DNA from: Clostridium thermobutyricum
GTDB taxonomy: Bacteria; Bacillota; Clostridia; Ch29
NCBI GenBank assembly: GCA_016842005.1
Contig: JAENYD010000013.1
Coordinates: forward strand, 5,490-69,489
Direction: 5' to 3'
Length of the DNA: 64,000 bases
In this document: positions 19,394-28,844 of the stretch, piece after piece
Layout: every line of letters starts with the position of its first letter
How positions within the stretch are numbered: position 1 is the first letter of the stretch
The notes under the pieces: model-generated
What the model saw: only the letters and a program-made list of their open reading frames with translations
The model's database searches: none
Told to the model about the DNA's origin: nothing
Position numbers and translations under genes: made by a program

Positions 19394-20048
19394 CCCCTTT
19401 ACACCCCACAGCACTCAGTATTTCATCAATTACCTGGTCAACACTCTTATCAGTGGTATCTATCAGAACCGCATCATCTGCCTTCTTTAAGGGAGAAGAT
19501 GCCCTGGTGCTGTCGATACGGTCCCTTTTCTCTATGTTTTCCTTTATCTGCTCCAGGCTGGCATGGGGGTTCTGCTTCAATGCATCCTTGTATCTCCTTT
19601 TTGCTCGTTCCTCCAGTGAAGCGGTAAGATAAAACTTGTAGTCTGCCCGGGGGAGAACATTGGTCCCTATATCCCTTCCATCCATAACAACCCCCTGCAC
19701 CTCTGCCATATTACGTTGCAAGCCGACCAATATCTCTCTTACTTCAGGAATTGCCGCCACCCTGGATACATTTCTGTCCACAGCGCTGCTCCTTATCCTG
19801 AGGGTCACATCCTCTCCATCCATATAAATCCTTCCGTTGTCCATGGTGATGTCCGTTTTTTTCGCCATCCGGACAATGGATGTGTGGTCGTTCAGGTCAA
19901 TATCTCTGCTTATGGTCTTGTATGTAATAGCCCTGTACATGGCACCGGTGTCAATATATGTTAAACCCAGTTTACCGGCAAGACGTTTCGCTACTGTACT
20001 CTTCCCACAACCTGCGGGACCGTCGATGGCAATCCGGAGTTTTCCCAC
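19383..20048 (-). CDS. cmk: Cytidylate kinase
   Basis: IAIDGPAGCGKST, DTGAMYR, DGRDIGT. Confidence 0.95.
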   Translation of the reverse strand: MGKLRIAIDGPAGCGKSTVAKRLAGKLGLTYIDTGAMYRAITYKTISRDIDLNDHTSIVRMAKKTDITMDNGRIYMDGEDVTLRIRSSAVDRNVSRVAAIPEVREILVGLQRNMAEVQGVVMDGRDIGTNVLPRADYKFYLTASLEERAKRRYKDALKQNPHASLEQIKENIEKRDRIDSTRASSPLKKADDAVLIDTTDKSVDQVIDEILSAVGCKGDVL

Positions 20049-20109
20049 CCTTGTTCCCCCTGACCATTATTTTGCAATATAAAACCACCAGTGAGGTTGG
20101 TGGCTGTTT

Positions 20110-20472
20110 CTAACCTTCAGAAAGGTCCGGTCTTAATTTTTTCGCATCCTTCAGATAAACATGCCTGACCCTCTGGCCTTCTTCCATATTCGCCAATAAC
20201 ATCACTCTGATACACTTTGCCAGGCTGTGTCTTACCGGCATCTCCGCCGCGCACAGCAGGGGTACCCTTTGGAAACCTTTCTTCCTTAGCCCGGCTGCCG
20301 GATAAGCGCTATCCAGGTCTGCAGTACATGTAAAAATAATAAATACAATGTTCTCATCCGAAAGATTATTGGCCTGCTTTATTTCATTTATCAGCTGCAC
20401 AGCAGCTTCTTCAATTTCTTTACTGTTGTTTTCGCTTACTGTGACAGCCCCTCTGATTGCCGCTACCACCAT
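20110..20472 (-). CDS. aroH: Chorismate mutase, AroH class
   Basis: AIRGA, FT..DLD..YPA, CIRV, HVYL..AKKLRPDL. Confidence 0.92.
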   Translation of the reverse strand: MVVAAIRGAVTVSENNSKEIEEAAVQLINEIKQANNLSDENIVFIIFTCTADLDSAYPAAGLRKKGFQRVPLLCAAEMPVRHSLAKCIRVMLLANMEEGQRVRHVYLKDAKKLRPDLSEG

Positions 20473-20523
20473 TAATTATTCACCTTATAACATTATATAT
20501 TACATGAACTTTCTTCTCAAGCC

Positions 20524-20997
20524 TTATTTTAGCTTAACCCGTGAAATTACTTCAATTTTATTTTTGGCGCTGACCCGCATACCGATTGACGGCTTAAGAA
20601 CGTTATCGCTGACACCCACTACCGTAAAGTACAGGGACTGTTTCTTCACCCTGGAAGCGTCAAGCTCCAGCAGGTCATTGTTCTTGACCTCGACCTCCAC
20701 TTCCTGTCTGTCAAACCTTGCCACAGGCTCACCGTTGACCAGAAGCATTGCCTCCGGATAGAGCTCCTGATTCTCCATTTTTACGATAATCTTCCCGCTG
20801 GTGGATAATAATCCTGCTTCCTGCAGCGAATCCCCTTCCAGCCGGGTAGTATAGTTAAGAAACACCCGTGCGGTATCGTTGAGCATAAGGGCCTGAAATG
20901 CAATCAAAAGTAATATTCCCGCAATTACCGCTTTCAGAATTAATCTCTCCACCGCATATGCAATATCAAAATGTTTTTTTCGGGATTTCCCGGACAT
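20524..20997 (-). CDS. Hypothetical single-TM protein
   Basis: GGAGG RBS and one N-terminal TM helix; a SigE-like CATAACAT box lies upstream. Confidence 0.65.
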   Translation of the reverse strand: MSGKSRKKHFDIAYAVERLILKAVIAGILLLIAFQALMLNDTARVFLNYTTRLEGDSLQEAGLLSTSGKIIVKMENQELYPEAMLLVNGEPVARFDRQEVEVEVKNNDLLELDASRVKKQSLYFTVVGVSDNVLKPSIGMRVSAKNKIEVISRVKLK

Positions 20998-21087
20998 ATC
21001 AAAGCCCTCCGTTAACTGTTTTTACTATGTTATGCAGAAAAATAAAAAAAATGCACCCATGTGCATTCTCTGTATATGACTAATCTG

Positions 21088-22320
21088 TTACCTGCAGTTC
21101 ATACCGGCAATATATCCGGTTGAAAACGCAATTTGAAGATTAAACCCCCCGGTAAGGGCATCTACATCCAGCACTTCCCCGACGAAAAACAAGCCCTTCA
21201 CCAGACGGGACTCCATAGTTGAGGGATTGACTTCCCGGGTGGAAACGCCTCCGGCAGTTACTATGGCTTCTTCCATCGGTCTAACTCCTGCAACTGAGAT
21301 ATCCATCCCCTTTATTGCCCTGACCAGTCCCGCCCTTTCTTCTCTGCTAATCTGGTTTGCTGCTTTTAAGGAAGAAATCCCGGCTTTTTTCAGCAGCACG
21401 GGGATTAACCTCTGGGGCAGAATACGGTTCAATATGTTCTTAGGCAGTTTATTAGGATTTCCGCTGAGATATTCCACCATATTTTTATCCAGGTCCGTCA
21501 CATCCGCATCAGGCATTAAATCCATTTTCAATAATACCTTTTCTTCCAGAAAATCATATATAAACCTGCTGAGGGTCAGAATAGAAGGCCCTGAAAGCCC
21601 GAAATGCGTAAACAAAACTCCGCCCAACTCCTCCCTTATTTTCCTGCCTCCTGAAGTGAATGCCTCTGTCCTTACCCTGTCCAGGGATAATCCCTGTAGG
21701 CCTGCGGGCCACTTGTCCTCAGTTTCAACCGCCACCAGTGAAGGCCGGAGCGGTATTATACGGTGCCCCGCTTCCTCTGCCCATCTGTACCCGTCACCGG
21801 TGGACCCCGTCCAGGGATAGGACAGTCCCCCGGTTGCCACAACAACAGAGGATGCCCGTATAAACTGGCCCCTGCAGGTATATATCCCCCTTACCTTTCC
21901 GCCTTTGAAATCAATACCGGATACAGGGCTGCTCAGCCTGACTTCCGCTCCGTTCCCGTACAGATGCCTCTCAAGGGCCTTTACAACATCTGCGGCTCTT
22001 TCAGACACGGGAAACACCCTGCCCTCCTCCTCTATCTTAGTAGGAACACCCAGATTATTGAAAAGTTCAATCAGATCTTCCTGATTGAATGCATACAGGG
22101 CCGAATACAAAAAAACACCGTTTCCAGGGGTATTCTCAATCAACCGGTCAACATCGCAGGAATTAGTGACATTACATCTTTTATTACCGGTCAGGTATAT
22201 CTTTTTCCCCAGTATTCTGTTTTTCTCCAGCAGAAGTGTTTTCATGCCCCGGGATGCTGCTGCCGCTGCAGCCATCATTCCGGCAGCCCCTCCGCCGATT
22301 ACCACTACTCTATTATTCAC
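21088..22320 (-). CDS. HI0933/BaiN-family flavoprotein (NAD(P)/FAD oxidoreductase)
   Basis: IGGGAAG, GNKRCNVTN, ATGGLSYP.TGSTGDG, LFTHFGLSGP, VTAGGV, GGFNLQ. Start likely GTG at 22320 rather than 22446. Confidence 0.9.
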   Translation of the reverse strand: MNNRVVVIGGGAAGMMAAAAAASRGMKTLLLEKNRILGKKIYLTGNKRCNVTNSCDVDRLIENTPGNGVFLYSALYAFNQEDLIELFNNLGVPTKIEEEGRVFPVSERAADVVKALERHLYGNGAEVRLSSPVSGIDFKGGKVRGIYTCRGQFIRASSVVVATGGLSYPWTGSTGDGYRWAEEAGHRIIPLRPSLVAVETEDKWPAGLQGLSLDRVRTEAFTSGGRKIREELGGVLFTHFGLSGPSILTLSRFIYDFLEEKVLLKMDLMPDADVTDLDKNMVEYLSGNPNKLPKNILNRILPQRLIPVLLKKAGISSLKAANQISREERAGLVRAIKGMDISVAGVRPMEEAIVTAGGVSTREVNPSTMESRLVKGLFFVGEVLDVDALTGGFNLQIAFSTGYIAGMNCR

Positions 22321-22448
22321 CTTCGCAACCATCCTTTGAAGCAAATCTTCAATCAAGCCAGAAATGTCTTTACCATGGCCTTGCTGAGAACTGCAAACAC
22401 CAGATTGCCGGGCATGGGCTTCACCTTGCAGAGGATACGGATGCATGC

Positions 22449-23063
22449 TCAGTCATTTTTCGTTAAATGATATGAATCATTCAGTGTTACCAGGACGTTT
22501 CCCTCTTCCTTAAAATCTATTATGCTGACTGCCCCGTTATCTATACGTATCCTTCTGAAAAATACGAGGTCAATATCCAGCAAACCGAATACAAGAGTTT
22601 TTATCAGTATTCCGTGGGAGACCAGGGCAATTTTTTCACCGGGATGCCTTTTTACTATCCCGTACACTCCTTTTAGCGCCCTCTCCTGTACCATGACAAG
22701 CTTCTCTCCACCGGGAATCACAGCTTCATGGGGCCTGCTGCGCCAGGTGGTATAAACCTCCTGAAACTCATTCTTGATATCTTCAATGGTTTTACCCTCC
22801 CATTTTCCCAGGTTCATTTCCCTGAAATCCGGAGAGGTTATTACTTCGAGCCCCAGCCTGTCACCAACAGCCCTGGCAGTACAATAGGCCCTTTTCAGAT
22901 CGCTTGAATACAAAAAACTTATCTTCTCCTTCTCCAGCCTTTCTGCCACTCTTTCCGCCTGCCACATGCCGCTGGAGGTGAGATGAGTATCTGTAGAACC
23001 CTGGGTCCTCTTTGCTTTGTTCCATTCAGTTTCACCGTGCCGCACCAGATATAGCCTGGTCAT
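22449..23063 (-). CDS. Histidine phosphatase family protein (GpmB/CobC-like)
   Basis: LVRHGETEWN, SSDLKRA, VSHG; RBS before ATG at 23063. Confidence 0.88.
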   Translation of the reverse strand: MTRLYLVRHGETEWNKAKRTQGSTDTHLTSSGMWQAERVAERLEKEKISFLYSSDLKRAYCTARAVGDRLGLEVITSPDFREMNLGKWEGKTIEDIKNEFQEVYTTWRSRPHEAVIPGGEKLVMVQERALKGVYGIVKRHPGEKIALVSHGILIKTLVFGLLDIDLVFFRRIRIDNGAVSIIDFKEEGNVLVTLNDSYHLTKND

Positions 23064-23140
23064 GCTTGATATCTCTCCTCTGTGTTCAATAATATGTTCA
23101 CGAGAAATAGCCGTGGACACTGGTTATCCACGGCTACCCA

Positions 23141-24022
23141 TCATTTTATTCCGTTTCTTTCTTTATCCGAATATGTCTGGTATTCTCCCCAGATATCCTC
23201 CAGCCTTCCGAATACTTTGGTGACCCTGTCTTTTTCTCTCATGCTCACTCCTATGATTAACGCATTAATCAAGCTCATGGGAGCAACCAGAGAATCCACG
23301 AATGAAGCTATATTGCTCTTGGTAAACAGGGTATAATCCGAATAATTAAGAAGAGGTGAAAGAGGACTGTCGGTTATCGCGATAATTTTCGCTCCCTGTT
23401 TTCTGACAAAGTTCAATGCTTCAACAGTTCTCCTGGAATACCTGGGAAAGCTTATTGCAAGCACCAGGTCCTCGCTTCCTACATTGAACAGCTGTTCATA
23501 TATCTCGCTTATACCACGGGACACTACTTTGACGTTTTCCAGTATCAGGTTAAGATAAAATCCGAGAAAATCAGCCAGGGTGGTGGAAGTCCTCAAACCG
23601 ATAATATATATGTTCCTCGCTTCCATTATATGGTCCACAACTTTATCGAAAGTAGCTACATCCACTTCTTCAAGGGTTGCCCTGATATTGTCTATATCCG
23701 ATTTCAATACATTTCTGACCACATCGTCCTCATTCACCATATCAGAAGACATTTCTATGCGCTGCACCGTTGTAAGTTTGGTTTTAATCAGTTCCTGCAG
23801 CGCCTTTTGCAGTCTCGGATATCCTTCATAACCCAGGGCCACCGCAAATCGTACAACGGTGGATTCGCTGACCCCTACCTTTTCACCCAGATTTGCAGCA
23901 GTCATGAATGCCGCTTTATCATAATGGGATAGAATATACTCTGCTATTAACTTTTGTCCCTTGCTCAACCTGGGAAAATTCTGCCGTATGAGTCTGAGTA
24001 AATCCACATTTACGTCGTTCAT
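23141..24022 (-). CDS. MurR/RpiR-family transcriptional regulator
   Basis: HTH VGVSESTVVRFA..LGYEGY plus SIS domain (ISFPRYS, ITDSPLSPL). Confidence 0.92.
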   Translation of the reverse strand: MNDVNVDLLRLIRQNFPRLSKGQKLIAEYILSHYDKAAFMTAANLGEKVGVSESTVVRFAVALGYEGYPRLQKALQELIKTKLTTVQRIEMSSDMVNEDDVVRNVLKSDIDNIRATLEEVDVATFDKVVDHIMEARNIYIIGLRTSTTLADFLGFYLNLILENVKVVSRGISEIYEQLFNVGSEDLVLAISFPRYSRRTVEALNFVRKQGAKIIAITDSPLSPLLNYSDYTLFTKSNIASFVDSLVAPMSLINALIIGVSMREKDRVTKVFGRLEDIWGEYQTYSDKERNGIK

Positions 24023-24033
24023 ACAATCATCCT

Positions 24034-24570
24034 TTACGATATATTCATGCAAAGTTTTTTGCCTTCCTCAAGGGCCTTCTTGTTCAATGCCTCTGTTCCT
24101 GGCGGCACTCTGTTCAATACCGCTTTTTCAAGGACATCATCAGAAACAAGTTTTACAATGGAATTGATGGCACCCAATGCCACTATATTTGCCACCATCG
24201 CCTTACCAACCACATCTTTGGCAGTATCCAGAATAGGCAGGCTGTATTCTGCCGATCCCCTGCCCCCGAGGGTAGATACTGTTTCATCCACTATTATTAT
24301 ACCATCTTCCTTAACGCTGTCCACATATTTATCGTACGCCTTCTGTGTAAGGGCCAGAAAAACGTCAGGTTTCCTTACCTTGGGATAATGTATGTCGGTA
24401 TCGCTGATGATTACTTCCGCCTTGCTTGCCCCGCCTCTTGCCTCCGGACCGTAGGACTGACTCTGTACTGCATTCAATCCGCCGTTTATGGCCGCTTCCG
24501 CCAGTATAATCCCGCCTAATATCAGGCCCTGACCACCCGAACCGCTTAGTCTTAGCTCAATGCTGCCCAT
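24034..24570 (-). CDS. korC: 2-oxoacid:ferredoxin oxidoreductase gamma subunit
   Basis: GSGGQG, QSYGPEARGGAS. Confidence 0.88.
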   Translation of the reverse strand: MGSIELRLSGSGGQGLILGGIILAEAAINGGLNAVQSQSYGPEARGGASKAEVIISDTDIHYPKVRKPDVFLALTQKAYDKYVDSVKEDGIIIVDETVSTLGGRGSAEYSLPILDTAKDVVGKAMVANIVALGAINSIVKLVSDDVLEKAVLNRVPPGTEALNKKALEEGKKLCMNIS

Positions 24571-24574
24571 ACTT

Positions 24575-25393
24575 CTACCCCCTTTTGAAACTCTCGATAA
24601 TTTTTTTGTATTGCTCCGTATACTCGGGCTGAGGATTGTTATAAAGTTCTCCGATTATTATCTTGCCATCCACCTTTTCCTTGGGCAATTTCTTTGCTGC
24701 TGCCGCATTCACACTACTGTCCTTAAGATACTCCATCATTTTCACCGCATCTCCCTTTTTGTTCTTCCTTCCGTAATAAGTGGGACACACGCTTATTGCT
24801 TCCACAAGGGAAAATCCTTTATTCAGTATAGCCTTCCCTATAAGGTCTGTCAGCAGCTGGGCATGATAAACGGTTGCCCTTCCCACGTAGGTGGCATCCG
24901 CAGCCTGAACAAGATTACAGATATCGAAAACCTTTTCTATATTTCCATAAGGAGCCGTTGTTCCCCTGTCCCCTGTGGGAGTGGTAGGAGAATACTGCCC
25001 TCCCGTCATCCCGTATATATTATTATTGAACACCACGGTGGTAATATCGATGTTTCTCCGGGCAGCATGTATCAGGTGATTTCCTCCTATTGCAGTACAA
25101 TCACCGTCACCGGTAAGCACTATTACCTCCAGTTCCGGATTGGCATGCTTGACCCCTGTTGCAAAGGCTAGGGCCCTTCCATGGGTGGTATGAAGGGTAT
25201 TGAAATCCATGTATCCGGAAGCCCTGGATGAGCACCCTATACCCGAAACAACGCATACCTTGTCTTTTTCAAGCCCCAGTTGGTCAATCGCCCTGGCCAC
25301 CGCTCTCATAATTATGCCGTGTCCGCATCCGGGGCACCAAATATGGGGAAGCTTATCCATCCTGAAATATTTTTTTATCAGTCTGCTAGACAT
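24575..25393 (-). CDS. korB: 2-oxoacid:ferredoxin oxidoreductase beta subunit
   Basis: WCPGCG, SGIGCS, GDGD TPP motif, YGMTGGQ. Confidence 0.9.
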   Translation of the reverse strand: MSSRLIKKYFRMDKLPHIWCPGCGHGIIMRAVARAIDQLGLEKDKVCVVSGIGCSSRASGYMDFNTLHTTHGRALAFATGVKHANPELEVIVLTGDGDCTAIGGNHLIHAARRNIDITTVVFNNNIYGMTGGQYSPTTPTGDRGTTAPYGNIEKVFDICNLVQAADATYVGRATVYHAQLLTDLIGKAILNKGFSLVEAISVCPTYYGRKNKKGDAVKMMEYLKDSSVNAAAAKKLPKEKVDGKIIIGELYNNPQPEYTEQYKKIIESFKRG

Positions 25394-26533
25394 CTAGATT
25401 ACCCCCTTGACCTTATCCAGAATCTCTTCCGGTGTGATTATATCTCCATCTGCCCTGTTTATGCCTTCTACCCTGCACCTGCCCCCTGCAACCCGCTCAA
25501 CCTCGTAAATATACTGACCAAGGTTCATTTCGGGGACAATTATCCTCCTGGCCTTCTCTGACAGTTGTTTTACCTTTTCCTCAGGGAAGGGCCATATTGT
25601 TATGGGCCTGAAAAGCCCCGCTTTAATACCCTCTTCCCTGGCGGAATATACCGCACTTCTTGCCGACCTTGCCGTACTCCCATAGGCCAGCACTATAATT
25701 TCAGCGTCATCCGTATTGTCTTCTTCGTATAAAAGAATATCCTGGATATTATTGTTTATCTTTGCCGTCAACCGATTTATAAGGCTGGCTGCCACCTCCG
25801 GACTGTTGCTCGGAAAACCTGTCTGGTCATGTACCAGACCTGTAACATGAAATCTGTAACCTTCGCCAAAAGCGGCCATTTCCGGCACTCCGCCCCGAGG
25901 GTCAGCTTTATATGGTATATACTCTTCCGGTTTCACAGAGGGTTTTTTCCTGTCAACAATGTCTATAGTGTCCGGATCGGGTAACTCGACTTTTTCCCTC
26001 ATGTGTGCAATCACTTCGTCCAGAAGAAGTATTACCGGCATCCTGTATTTTTCCGCCATATTAAAGGCCTTTACGGTTATAGAAAATATTTCAGGTACTG
26101 AAGACGGATACAGCGCTATTACCGGATGGTCCCCGTGGGTACCCCAGCGGGCCTGCATGATATCCCCCTGGGATGGGGAAGTAGGTAATCCTGTGCTGGG
26201 TCCTCCCCTCTGGACATTTACTATTACACAGGGAATTTCCGCCATGGCGGCATAGCCTATATTCTCCTGCTTCAATGATATACCGGGTCCGCTGGATGCA
26301 GTCATTGCCTTAAGTCCTGTCAGTGATGCCCCGATAACTGCCGCCATACTGGCTATCTCATCTTCCATCTGTACAAATTTGCCTCCCACCTGAGGCAGCC
26401 TTTCCGCCGACCCCTCTGCAATCTCTGTGGAAGGGGTAATGGGATAACCGGCAAAAAACCTCATACCAGCCGCAATGGCCCCTTCAACACAGGCCTCATT
26501 TCCCTGCATAAGCCTTACTTTTTTATTATTCAT
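25394..26533 (-). CDS. korA: 2-oxoacid:ferredoxin oxidoreductase alpha subunit
   Basis: GNEA, GYPITPSTEI, QMEDEIAS, QRGGPSTG. Confidence 0.9.
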   Translation of the reverse strand: MNNKKVRLMQGNEACVEGAIAAGMRFFAGYPITPSTEIAEGSAERLPQVGGKFVQMEDEIASMAAVIGASLTGLKAMTASSGPGISLKQENIGYAAMAEIPCVIVNVQRGGPSTGLPTSPSQGDIMQARWGTHGDHPVIALYPSSVPEIFSITVKAFNMAEKYRMPVILLLDEVIAHMREKVELPDPDTIDIVDRKKPSVKPEEYIPYKADPRGGVPEMAAFGEGYRFHVTGLVHDQTGFPSNSPEVAASLINRLTAKINNNIQDILLYEEDNTDDAEIIVLAYGSTARSARSAVYSAREEGIKAGLFRPITIWPFPEEKVKQLSEKARRIIVPEMNLGQYIYEVERVAGGRCRVEGINRADGDIITPEEILDKVKGVI

Positions 26534-26759
26534 CCTCTTGCCCCCCCTCCAGGTAAATTGCATAATCCGGACATCTCAGTTCGCAAAGGCCGCATTTGGT
26601 ACAGGCGTCAATATCCGCTATTTTTACCTTCGTTCCTTCCATTTTCAGTACGCTGGCAGGACAGAACGCCGCACAAATGCCACAGCCCTTGCACCACTCT
26701 TCCTTTACAACCAGTGACTTTGTTTTTTCTCTGGATGTCACCTCTCGGGCCCCCTTCAA
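26526..26759 (-). CDS. korD: 2x[4Fe-4S] ferredoxin-like delta subunit
   Basis: CKGCGICAAFCP and CTKCGLCELRCP; start may be GTG at 26741. Confidence 0.88.
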   Translation of the reverse strand: MKGAREVTSREKTKSLVVKEEWCKGCGICAAFCPASVLKMEGTKVKIADIDACTKCGLCELRCPDYAIYLEGGQEDE

Positions 26760-26812
26760 ATATGTATTGGATGTAACACAATATGAAGCACAAAATTCAT
26801 TTTTCTGATTTT

Positions 26813-26841
26813 ATTTTATTATATACAAACATTTTGTGCAA
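26813..26841 (-). promoter_or_regulatory. SigA-like promoter of the korDABC-rpiR operon
   Basis: TTGCAC-N17-TAAAAT on the minus strand. Confidence 0.55.
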
Positions 26842-26910
26842 GGGAAATTTCATTTGTCACGCAATTGTATACTTTCAAACTTGTATTTAGGTATACAATT
26901 ATATTCAAAT

Positions 26911-26930
26911 AAAAAAGCAGCTATCGCTGC
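26911..26930 (-). terminator. Terminator after surE-ypmA
   Basis: GCAGC-GATA-GCTGC-TTTTTT on the minus strand. Confidence 0.65.
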
Positions 26931-26931
26931 C

Positions 26932-27102
26932 CTAAGTTTCGTATATTGAAATTACCATTTTATCTTCATCTTGCATGGCAAGACCAAATACGAGGTTTTT
27001 ATTTTTCAGTGTCTTGTTCAAAAAATCTACCAATTTGTATAACTCATCATTTTTGTACACTTCCTGAATTCCTATAAGTTTTAGCCCTTCCTCTTCGCTC
27101 AT
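26932..27102 (-). CDS. ypmA: YpmA/DUF4264 family small protein (56 aa, not in ORF track)
   Basis: Translated by hand: MSEEEGLKLIGIQEVYKNDELYKLVDFLNKTLKNKNLVFGLAMQDEDKMVISIYET; GAGGAGG RBS. Confidence 0.85.
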   Translation of the reverse strand: MSEEEGLKLIGIQEVYKNDELYKLVDFLNKTLKNKNLVFGLAMQDEDKMVISIYET

Positions 27103-27114
27103 ATGGCTACCTCC

Positions 27115-27876
27115 TCAAAATTTGAATTCCCACTTTTGCAGTTCCTCAATCAAACTGAATTTCGTCAGGTCAAAATGTATAGGCGTAACAGTTATGTAGT
27201 TCTGCGAAATCATATTTATATCGCACCGGTCATTATGATATTCGTCCACTGCTTCGCCGGACAGCCAGTAATACTGCTGGCCTCTAGGGTCTTTCCTTTC
27301 ATCGAAGGAATTTCTGTACCTCCGTGTGCCCAGACAGGTGATTTTAACTCCCTTAATGCGGTCATAACTGACACCGGGAATATTTACATTCAACAGGGTA
27401 TCCTTTTGCAGTTTATTTTTGTGTATATTTTTAGCCAAAATTCTTGCAAACCTGGCTGCAACACTATAATCGGTGGCATCGTATGAAGCCAGGGAAATGG
27501 CAGCTGATGGAATACCCAGAATAGCCGCTTCTATGGCTGCCGAAACAGTACCGGAATACAGCACATCGGTGCCCAAATTCGGACCCCTGTTTATACCTGA
27601 AAGGACTATATCGGGATTACTGTCCAGCAAGGCTTCGATACCCAGCTTAACGCAGTCGGAAGGTGTACCGTTAACCGACCATGCCTTTACGCCCTTCCCA
27701 AAATGATTAACCGGCGTGGCCCGGAGAGGTTTATGCATGGTAATCGCATGCCCTACCGCGCTTCTTTCCCTTTCCGGGGCAACAACCACCACATGGCCAA
27801 TATCCTCTACGGCTGCCGCCAGACTCATTATACCCGGGGCCTCTATCCCATCATCATTTGTAACCAGAATTAACAT
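27115..27876 (-). CDS. surE: 5'/3'-nucleotidase SurE
   Basis: MLILVTNDDG, GTPSDCV, SGINRGPNLG, YSGTV; GGGAGG RBS before 27876. Confidence 0.95.
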   Translation of the reverse strand: MLILVTNDDGIEAPGIMSLAAAVEDIGHVVVVAPERERSAVGHAITMHKPLRATPVNHFGKGVKAWSVNGTPSDCVKLGIEALLDSNPDIVLSGINRGPNLGTDVLYSGTVSAAIEAAILGIPSAAISLASYDATDYSVAARFARILAKNIHKNKLQKDTLLNVNIPGVSYDRIKGVKITCLGTRRYRNSFDERKDPRGQQYYWLSGEAVDEYHNDRCDINMISQNYITVTPIHFDLTKFSLIEELQKWEFKF

Positions 27877-28097
27877 ATAAATACCTCCCCACCCGGTCAA
27901 CCCGCTGAAAACCCGGCCGGCACAAGCAAATTCAAAAGCCGGCACCCTTGGAATCTCTTGTACAATTTGCATTATATCAGTAATCTTTATTGAGTTCCAT
28001 ATACAAATTATTTTTTCCTTTAGATTGTATTAAATACGACTTTTATAGCCATTATTAACATATACTAATTCCGTTACTAAAAATCCGGGGTGAAATA

Positions 28098-28736
28098 ATG
28101 ATCCAGATCGACGACGCAGGCAGTGGCAGCTTGGTTGGCGGCACATGCATAGGTGTCAACAGGATAGAAACAGGAGAATATTCATATGGTATTATTCCCC
28201 TTGAATACTACCGCCCTGAGTCCTTTAAGGCCAAAGCTTACCAGGACTGTGCCATCCACATAGTACAGGATACCTTTAACAGACTCAATATTGGCAAAAG
28301 AGAACCTATCCAGGTATGCAGGGGGTATATGTTCGACAAATTGAAAAAATGGCTCAAAACCAATAACTACCCATGGCAAAGCACAAAAATCGAAGACCCC
28401 TTACAAACCATTGTAGAAAAAACCTTTGAAGACTATATCATATCCCTCGGGCTTCCTTCCCGCTTCATCCGCTATACCAAGTACCCCTTTCATTTTCACC
28501 GGTTATTGAAGTGGGTATACGCTGATTATGACAACAGAAAGCATCTTTGCAAAACAGGCTGGGACAGCTGGCAGAAATATAAGGATATTGACCGGGAAGT
28601 ATATTACAGCAGTATGAATAAACCAAATTTTTACTGTATGAAATGCGGAGAAAAAATAGCTGAGGGAAGCAGGATAAAGGTTATAAGATATTTCACCAAC
28701 AGGATTAACAAAGTATGCCTGCATGATTACTGTTAG
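28098..28736 (+). CDS. Hypothetical protein with RNase HII-like N-terminal motif and C-terminal Cys/His zinc finger
   Basis: IDDAGSGSLVGG at the N-terminus; CMKC...HDYC at the C-terminus; GGGGTG RBS. Confidence 0.7.
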   Translation: MIQIDDAGSGSLVGGTCIGVNRIETGEYSYGIIPLEYYRPESFKAKAYQDCAIHIVQDTFNRLNIGKREPIQVCRGYMFDKLKKWLKTNNYPWQSTKIEDPLQTIVEKTFEDYIISLGLPSRFIRYTKYPFHFHRLLKWVYADYDNRKHLCKTGWDSWQKYKDIDREVYYSSMNKPNFYCMKCGEKIAEGSRIKVIRYFTNRINKVCLHDYC

Positions 28737-28776
28737 GTAACACACAAACCAAAAACAAACCGCTTTTCAGTGGTCA

Positions 28777-28810
28777 GGGGACATGCCTGCTGAAATACAG
28801 GAATGTCCCC
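28777..28810. terminator. Hairpin between convergent genes
   Basis: GGGGACAT-G-CCTG...CAGG-A-ATGTCCCC. Confidence 0.55.
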
Positions 28811-28844
28811 CTCATAATGTTCCCGATATATCAGTATCTCTTTA

